A DNA stretch of 64,000 nt from NCBI GenBank assembly GCA_951406725.2, contig OX597828.1:64108001-64172000 (forward strand), read 5' to 3'. The translations under genes were made by a program, and so were the position numbers. Below the pieces are notes generated by a model, which saw only the letters and a list, made by a program, of their open reading frames with translations, made no database searches and was not told the origin of the DNA. Source of the DNA: Octopus vulgaris. Lineage: Eukaryota. Shown here in pieces: positions 56,744-64,000 of this stretch (the stretch's first letter is position 1; each line of letters opens with the position of its first letter).

Positions 56744-57026
56744 ATAACCAAACACATTCATCCTTGCCTCGGTACGTTGGCAACGAGGTAGAAATGTATC
56801 CAATGTTCTCGTTCGCTGCTACTGGTAGCAGTTTCATCTACCCACCACCACCACCACCACCGATATATACACATTGTGGTTTTAAAAACACTGCGTCCAT
56901 GTGAGATATTAGCTCCAGACGAATACCGCAGTGAATTTTGCTGATATCGATGGATTCACGTTAAGTGTGATAGATAAATGGCTATTTTAATCTAATATTG
57001 CCTCTGTTGCAAGTAACGAATAATGT

Positions 57027-57091
57027 AGTACATACATACATACATACATACATACATACATACATACATACATACATACATACATACATAC

Positions 57092-57125
<34 letters not shown>

Positions 57126-57126
57126 T

Positions 57127-57201
<75 letters not shown>

Positions 57202-57217
57202 TGATAGATAGATAGAA

Positions 57218-57271
<54 letters not shown>

Positions 57272-57272
57272 G
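57027..57272. repeat. (TACA)n(GATA)n microsatellite
   Basis: Directly visible. Confidence 0.97.
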
Positions 57273-57361
57273 AGTGTATACACCCACGTATGTGAGGGGT
57301 GAGGTAGGGAGATAGAAGAGAAAAAGCATAGGTGTAGAGATAGAATGGGAAAGAGAGAGAG

Positions 57362-57405
<44 letters not shown>

Positions 57406-57927
57406 TGAGAAAGAAAGAAACAGCTAGAAAGAGAACGAGAGAGAGAGTGAGAGGTCGATAGAATGTAATATAATATATGTCACTTCCATATGCCATATTT
57501 ATTCTGGCGAGGCACGCTTCCATTAAGTGTGTCCTAACACGTTGAAACCAGCTTAAGTTGTGTAGCAAAGCAAGTTAAACATATATGAGAAGTAGTGGTA
57601 ATAGCAGTGACGGTGCTGGTTGTGGTGGTGGTGGAATTGGTGGTGGTGGTGATAGTCTTTAACTATTTATATAAAGAAGTAGGTGAATTGAATAAAACTC
57701 TCATTGCTCTCCCCCTAACGAAATCCCACGACCCATGCCTGTAAAAACATCAAATGCCTCCCTAATTGTGGCATGAAATATTTTTCTCGAGTTTAGAAAA
57801 TGTACCTTTTTTTTTAGTTCTTGTTTTTCTTTCTTATTTCTTGTTTTGTTTTAAGTATTTTTGTGTCCCCGATATACATACGAACGCACTCATATATCTC
57901 AGCCAAACACACTCATATTTACATTGA

Positions 57928-57961
<34 letters not shown>

Positions 57962-57990
57962 ATATATGTATGTATTCAATGAAACTATGA

Positions 57991-58023
<33 letters not shown>

Positions 58024-58258
58024 CATATATGTATAATGTTAGTATGTATAAATACATATACTCATATACAAAATTATACATATATATATACACACATATA
58101 TACAATATATATATATAAATGCATACATATATATACGTATATGTATATGTGTGCATGTGCATGCATATATATATGTGTGTGTGTATATACACATATATGT
58201 GTATATATATATAATATATATATATGTATGTATATATATGTATATAGATACATATATA

Positions 58259-58321
<63 letters not shown>

Positions 58322-58474
58322 GTGTGTATATATATATATAGATTTACCTTATCTCCGGTAAGCGGACGACAACAAGCGACTAAAATGAAAACGGCCGTAA
58401 ATCCGCAAGGGTGGGGAAGCGAATAAGAGAGGCAAAGGAGGAGAGAGGGAGAGAGCAAGATATAGAGTGAGTGT

Positions 58475-58589
<115 letters not shown>

Positions 58590-59225
58590 TGCAAGAACAG
58601 AAGAAAACTTATCAGCAGGAGGTATGTAATATCGAAAAGGCTAAGAAGGGGGAGGTAATTATGAAGTATTGAGCAGAAAAACACGAAGAGGCTGGTGAGG
58701 AAGACATAGAGGGCGTGAAGAAGGGGAGGTAAGAATTAATATATTTGTAAGATAAATAAACAAATAGCAGCAACATACGAGTCAACGTTCAGTTGAAAGT
58801 AATCTCATTACCCTAGAGAGTGACATGTCGTCCGTATGAGTAAATTGGTATGCGCGTTTTTGTGTATGTATATGTATACACACAGACATATACGTATATA
58901 TCTCTGTGTATGTGTATGTTGAGCATATATACTTATATATATGTAGGTATATATGGATTGAGATAGAGAGGGGGAGAGATAGAGAGGGAGAGAGAATGGG
59001 GTGTGAGTTGAGTTGTTAAAAGAAGCGATGCTAGTGGAGGGGGTAGATGCGCATGGGTGTGCAGGATGTATTAAATAACCGAGATCGATTAATGTGGAAA
59101 GAAGTGAGTGACATACATGGGAAAACAGTTCACGTTTTGGATATATATATATATATATATATATAATATAATATAATATAATATAATATAACATAATATA
59201 ATATAATTATAATATAATACAATAT

Positions 59226-59696
59226 ATATAGTCGTGCAAAAGTAGACTGACGTTCTTATTTTTTAGGGTTGTGAGGCGTAATGGCTGACAGTTTAAGAGA
59301 TAACGAATGAAAGTGGAGTCTAAAGAATTATTGGAAATTTGAATATGCAGAAACGGTGCGTCAGAAATGGACAAAACCCTTCCACACAGGCAATGGATTT
59401 ACAAAGCATAAGACAAATTAAAGGAGAGAGAATCAGAGAAGAACGCCTCGAAATTTGGAAGTCCACGAAGCGTTACTATTGAGGAAAATGAGATGCAGAC
59501 AGCATTGACGTTTGTAAATAACCCTATGAAGCTTAGCAGACGTGACTCTGTTGAGCATCTCGCAAGGATGTGTGTCATCTCATGAAAACAAATGGACTCG
59601 AAGCAATACCGACCCAGACTCTTGCAACATATGAGTATGACCCAGATCGTCGGATGCGTTTCGCAGAAAGCATATTGAATGAGATTTGTGATAACG
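59226..59696 (+). mobile_element. rosa/DD41D-like mariner transposase N-terminal fragment
   Basis: MADSL...YWKFEYAETVRQKW...WIYK...KFGSPRSVTIEENE...FVNNP...YRPRLLQ...DPDRRMRFAE. It stops before the first catalytic Asp, so the subfamily rests on the N-terminus only. Confidence 0.75.
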
Positions 59697-61420
59697 CACA
59701 ATTTCTTGACAGGACTTGACATTACAAATGTCATAGATGTGACGCTTGCGGGTGATGACATAATCCAGCAAGTGCCAAACTTTAGACCTTGGAGGAATCC
59801 GCTTTGCTCTGTGATCGCCTTTGTGCATAAAATGAGTGCTTGCGACGTGAAGTCCATGTTCATTGCAAAGATCCAGCTGCATGAGACCATTGATATTCAT
59901 TTTCCCTACTCCAAAACGTCCTAGAGAATTCCATGTTTGCCAGTCTGTTCGAACCCTAGCATTGAAATCCCCAGTAGAATGACTTTATCATAATTGGGGA
60001 TTTTCCTAAGTATGGCTCTCAGCTGGGTATAAAAAACAGTTTTATCTTCATTACAGCTAGTCAAAGTAGGTGCATAGACACTTATTACAGTAGCAAACCG
60101 CCCACCTTTCAGGTGCAATCGTAGAATCATTAGACGTTCATTTTTAGGAACAAGAAGCTCCTCCAACTTCTTAAGGGTATCAGATCAAACTGCAAGCTAC
60201 TCTGCGCTTCCCCTTCTGCCTCCCCTTCCAAAAAAGGTGTATCCACTTCCTACTTCCTCAAGCTAACCATCACCTTCCATACAAGCCTCGGAAAGTGCAG
60301 CTATATCAATGTTATAACGGTTCAGCTCGCGAGCAACAAGTGCAGCGCGTCTTTCAGGCCTACAATCACTCTTGTTATCCAAGAGAGCGCGCAAATTCCA
60401 ACATGAAATGTTCAAGTTCCCTCCAGATTTTGCAAATAAAAGTCTCTTTGTTTTTCGAGCGTAGGGTGGACATCCGTCAGTCGCGCTAAACTAACCAGGT
60501 ATAGAAAGACATGCAATTTTTTGTTCACCTTTTCTAGAACCTCCCTGGCCTCCGGGTGAGCGCTGCCCTCTACTGGTTGAGCTGCTCAAACTTCTATGCA
60601 GTAACCGAATCCTACCGCTGTCTTCATCGACAAGGAGACGACTTTATACCTAGCATGGGCCACCTACGTGCAGGTCGCTGACTACATGCTTCCAGCCCGA
60701 TAGGTCTGCATGCTTCGCCACCTTCCCATCACCGCAGGACTTCCAAATAAAAAAAAAATATATATAGTAGAATATATAAATATATACTAAAAATAAAGAT
60801 ACATATATACTAAAAATAAAATAAAAATATATAAGGAAAAAAGAAGAAAAGCACATATGGAGCAGCGGTCAGCAATGCTTGTGCAGAGTTTTAGGTCTAA
60901 TAAGGCTTGCACGACGCCTCATAGACCCTCCCCACTTTATTGACATTATCCAGGGACAAGCCAGAGCAAGATGTCTTGTGCCAATATGAATCGCAGGCTC
61001 AGGAATGTGAGAGCGCGATGATCACTAGCACAAACCAAAGATCACCAAAATGTCCAATGCCATTCTTTGCATGTCTGGTTTTATATCAGAGTGACCTTCT
61101 CCTTGAGACATGCTTCAACAGAAGCTGAGGAATGTCTCACTTCCAATGGTCTTTCAGCCGGACACCATCCCGGAATTTCTGCGAACCCGTGCTATTGCTA
61201 GATAGCCGTTGAGCCTGCACTAGGTTCATCCCACCTTTCAACAGGTCTTGTTTTTAATCCTGCTGTGTTTAATCCTTCCTCACCAGGATAGCAACCCTCC
61301 TGACCAGGATAGCCTGGTGGGGGTGCCAGTTTACTCGCCGGCAACCCGACCATACAACAGGTTGTACTGGATTCCATGTTACCAGTAGCTCTTACGGGAG
61401 CCTCATAAGTGACCTGACAT
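59697..61420 (-). mobile_element. RTE (BovB/Expander-like) LINE 5' UTR and APE endonuclease, 3' truncated
   Basis: ERLMILRLHLKGGRFATVISVYAPT, KVILLG-DFNARV, NINGL and PRSKVWHLLDYVITRKR. A GC-richer putative UTR runs to about 61420 and is interrupted by AT-rich 60745-60855. Confidence 0.88.
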
Positions 61421-61916
61421 ATGTAATACTTAGATACATACATACACACGCACATACATACATACATACCATACGCACATACATACACATAATACATACA
61501 CACACATAATACATACACACATACACATACATACATACATACACACATATAAATATTGTATGTGTGTATATGCGAATTTTCAGTTTGACTAAGATGTGCA
61601 TTACTGCACGTTTCACAGATGCCATGAGGCATCGGTCGGATGTTTTGGATGTGCAACTACCATCGGTACGTATCGTGGTATCCGGAAAATGATGTTATTT
61701 TGTATCAGTGAAAGTAGTTGCAATGCAGATCCCAATTAGAAAGATAATAGAAAAGAGTTCGAATGCACCTATCCTTCGATTTTTCTGCTAAACCCTTCAA
61801 AGTGCTTCCCCCCAACCTCAAATGGTCGCACTCCAGAGACTAAAGCAAGTAAAGAGAGAATCAAAATACACACATACATGTATGACATGTAAATTTATAA
61901 ACATGATATGATTTAT

Positions 61917-62014
<98 letters not shown>

Positions 62015-62418
62015 GATGGGAGCGAGCATGATATGAAGTGCGTGAAAGACAGACAATTGTCATATTTTAGCTCAGTGATGCGATATGTGAGTGACACACA
62101 GAAGAATCTGAGAGTGTTACTTATGCAGCGCACTTAAACTTAAGTGGTTCTCATTTGCCCCGCGTTAAAATCTTTGAGTACATCTTTAAAAAAAGCTCAA
62201 AAGATGGTGTGTGTGTGTGTCTGTGTCTGTGTATAATACGTATATACGTTTGTGTAATGTATGAAATCTACCGATTTTTGAAAAATGTACTTTTAACAAC
62301 AGAGAACTATCCTTTAAACTCATGTTTGTCTATCTCTGTCTCTGCATCTCTGCCTGTTTGTCTGCCTTTCTGTGTCTATCTATTCATTTCTATGACTGCC
62401 TGTCGCTTTCATTCTCTG

Positions 62419-62467
<49 letters not shown>

Positions 62468-62914
62468 ATTGTTATTATGTAAAAGTGTTATAAGTCCAAA
62501 ACATTGCTTTTTAAGAAAACGAAAAAAGTTTCACCATTCTGTAGCAAAACTGTTGTACTACACTTTGAAAATTTTTGATATCTAGATATATGAAGCAGCC
62601 GGAGATATGATAGCTTGACCAAAAGAACCGGCTACTGCAAACAAAAATAAATATTGAAAAAATTGCATTTGGCCAAAATTGGACATACGACAGTTTAACA
62701 TAATAGCCACAATATCTTAAAGAGGTACTTTCAAAGGTATCCGTACTACACGTCTGTCTAAGCGTAGAAGTCGGTGACTGACGCGGTTTACTGGCAGGAA
62801 AATTTTCGCGTAAGCGCACGAAGAGTGGGATCACCTTTCATCCGAAGGATTTTTGCCCCATGGAATTTGTTTTAGCGGGAGAAAATAAAGCTGGATACTT
62901 CTTAAATGCACCTC

Positions 62915-62954
<40 letters not shown>

Positions 62955-63207
62955 TTGAATTTCTCCGAAAGTATATTCAATATATCAAACATATCAAAAA
63001 TATATAGATATATAAAAATAGGGTAATCAATACATTAAAAATATACATATAAAAATATATAAATAAATAGATATATATATATATATTAAAAATATATTGA
63101 AAAAATAAATACATATATAGGTCGACTTTCAGATTATAAAACGAAGTCATAAAAAGAGTTAAGCCTATAAGATAAAATGCTTGAGTATTACTAATCCAGT
63201 GAAAACA

Positions 63208-63292
63208 CCTACGGCTGTTTCTGGGGGTTCAGTTGTCCTGCCATATAAAAGATATTTACATCCATAATAGAACTTCGCCGCCTTCATCAGGG
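63208..63292 (-). ncRNA. Type I hammerhead-like motif with long stem II
   Basis: CC-CTGATGA-AGGCGG...GTTC/GAAC...CCCCCA-GAAA-CAGCCG-TA-GG. Core and GUA triplet are intact; stem I is short. Related to 2929-3017. Confidence 0.6.
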
Positions 63293-64000
63293 AAAATAAG
63301 ATTCTAAAAAAAAGCTCACATGTACTACTTTTTATATAAATATCTGTGTATGTGTGTGTGTGTGTATGTGTGTGTGTGTGTTTGTGTATCTGTGTGTGTG
63401 TATGTGTGTGTGTGCGTGTGTAGGGCACTTTAGCATAAGTGATGTAACGGGATACAGATTGCTATACAGCTATCAACAAATGGGATAAATATTTCTTCTA
63501 CGTTTCTAAATTTTGAGGAAATATTACACATTCGTCACGGAGTTGTGGTAAAAGATACACGCCCAAGCTGCCTGTGGTTACAAAGCGGGCTTCTGAACCA
63601 TCTGGTTAGATTATAATTCGGCTTATATTTTACTTGATTACCCTTGGCCCGTTGGGTCACTGGGAAAGTCTGAGTTTCCCAGCAACGGAGTTTTGTCTCG
63701 TGGGTTTTTTTCTTTTCCAGGTTATTTCGCATGCTTTCAACTAATGTGATATCGAAATCACGCGTAAACAGCTTCTTTCCCCAGAAAAGGAAAGATTTAG
63801 CTGCTAATTCTTGCACATCCCGCAACCAATTAACAGGTATTTCAGGTCCTCTATCGCAAACAGCGGTTACATGGTAGCAAGGCGTGCTAGAAATAGCAGC
63901 TAAATCTTTGGAGCTGAGATACATCGATTGCACTCGAAAAAATATCTATGGAAAAAAACTTTCACAGCGAGGTTAAGAACAGGTCTTTTACGAAATATTT

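Noticed and set aside
61355-61420. HDV-like or twister ribozyme at the RTE 5' end
   Set aside because: A TACTGG/CCAGTA hairpin and CAGGT/ACCTG pairing exist, but I could not build the full pseudoknot. A covariance-model search is needed.
62130-62905. TTAA-flanked DNA transposon (Kolobok/piggyBac-like)
   Set aside because: Only weak, short inverted similarity at the ends and no coding remnant.
63535-63933. 132-aa minus-strand ORF resembling an L1/Tx1 fragment
   Set aside because: Part of it is formed by the inverted pair of the 23-bp repeat motif, and there are no diagnostic domain motifs.

Overview
AT-rich, microsatellite-saturated eukaryotic DNA, almost certainly a coleoid cephalopod (octopus-type), judged from tRNA-derived OK-like and OR-like SINEs and the (TA)n/(CA)n/(TAA)n/(GATA)n load. 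It looks like intron or intergenic sequence. No intact protein-coding gene is visible, and most of the supplied ORF track is translated microsatellite. Decayed transposons dominate: Tc1 (DD34E), an Hsmar1-like mariner, rosa-like and maT-like mariner remnants, non-autonomous Helitrons, R4/Dong, HERO, RTE and CR1 LINE fragments, and a Penelope-like element (PLE) with RT plus GIY-YIG. The most notable signal is a set of short non-coding inserts inside (TA)n tracts. They carry type I hammerhead-ribozyme-like cores (CUGANGA...GAAA, palindromic stem III, cleavage triplet) with compensating stem I sequences, and several form fold-back inverted repeats. This suggests a PLE-driven, microsatellite-targeting, retrozyme-like population. 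Every copy is at least slightly degenerate. All family calls come from motif recognition by eye and need database confirmation.
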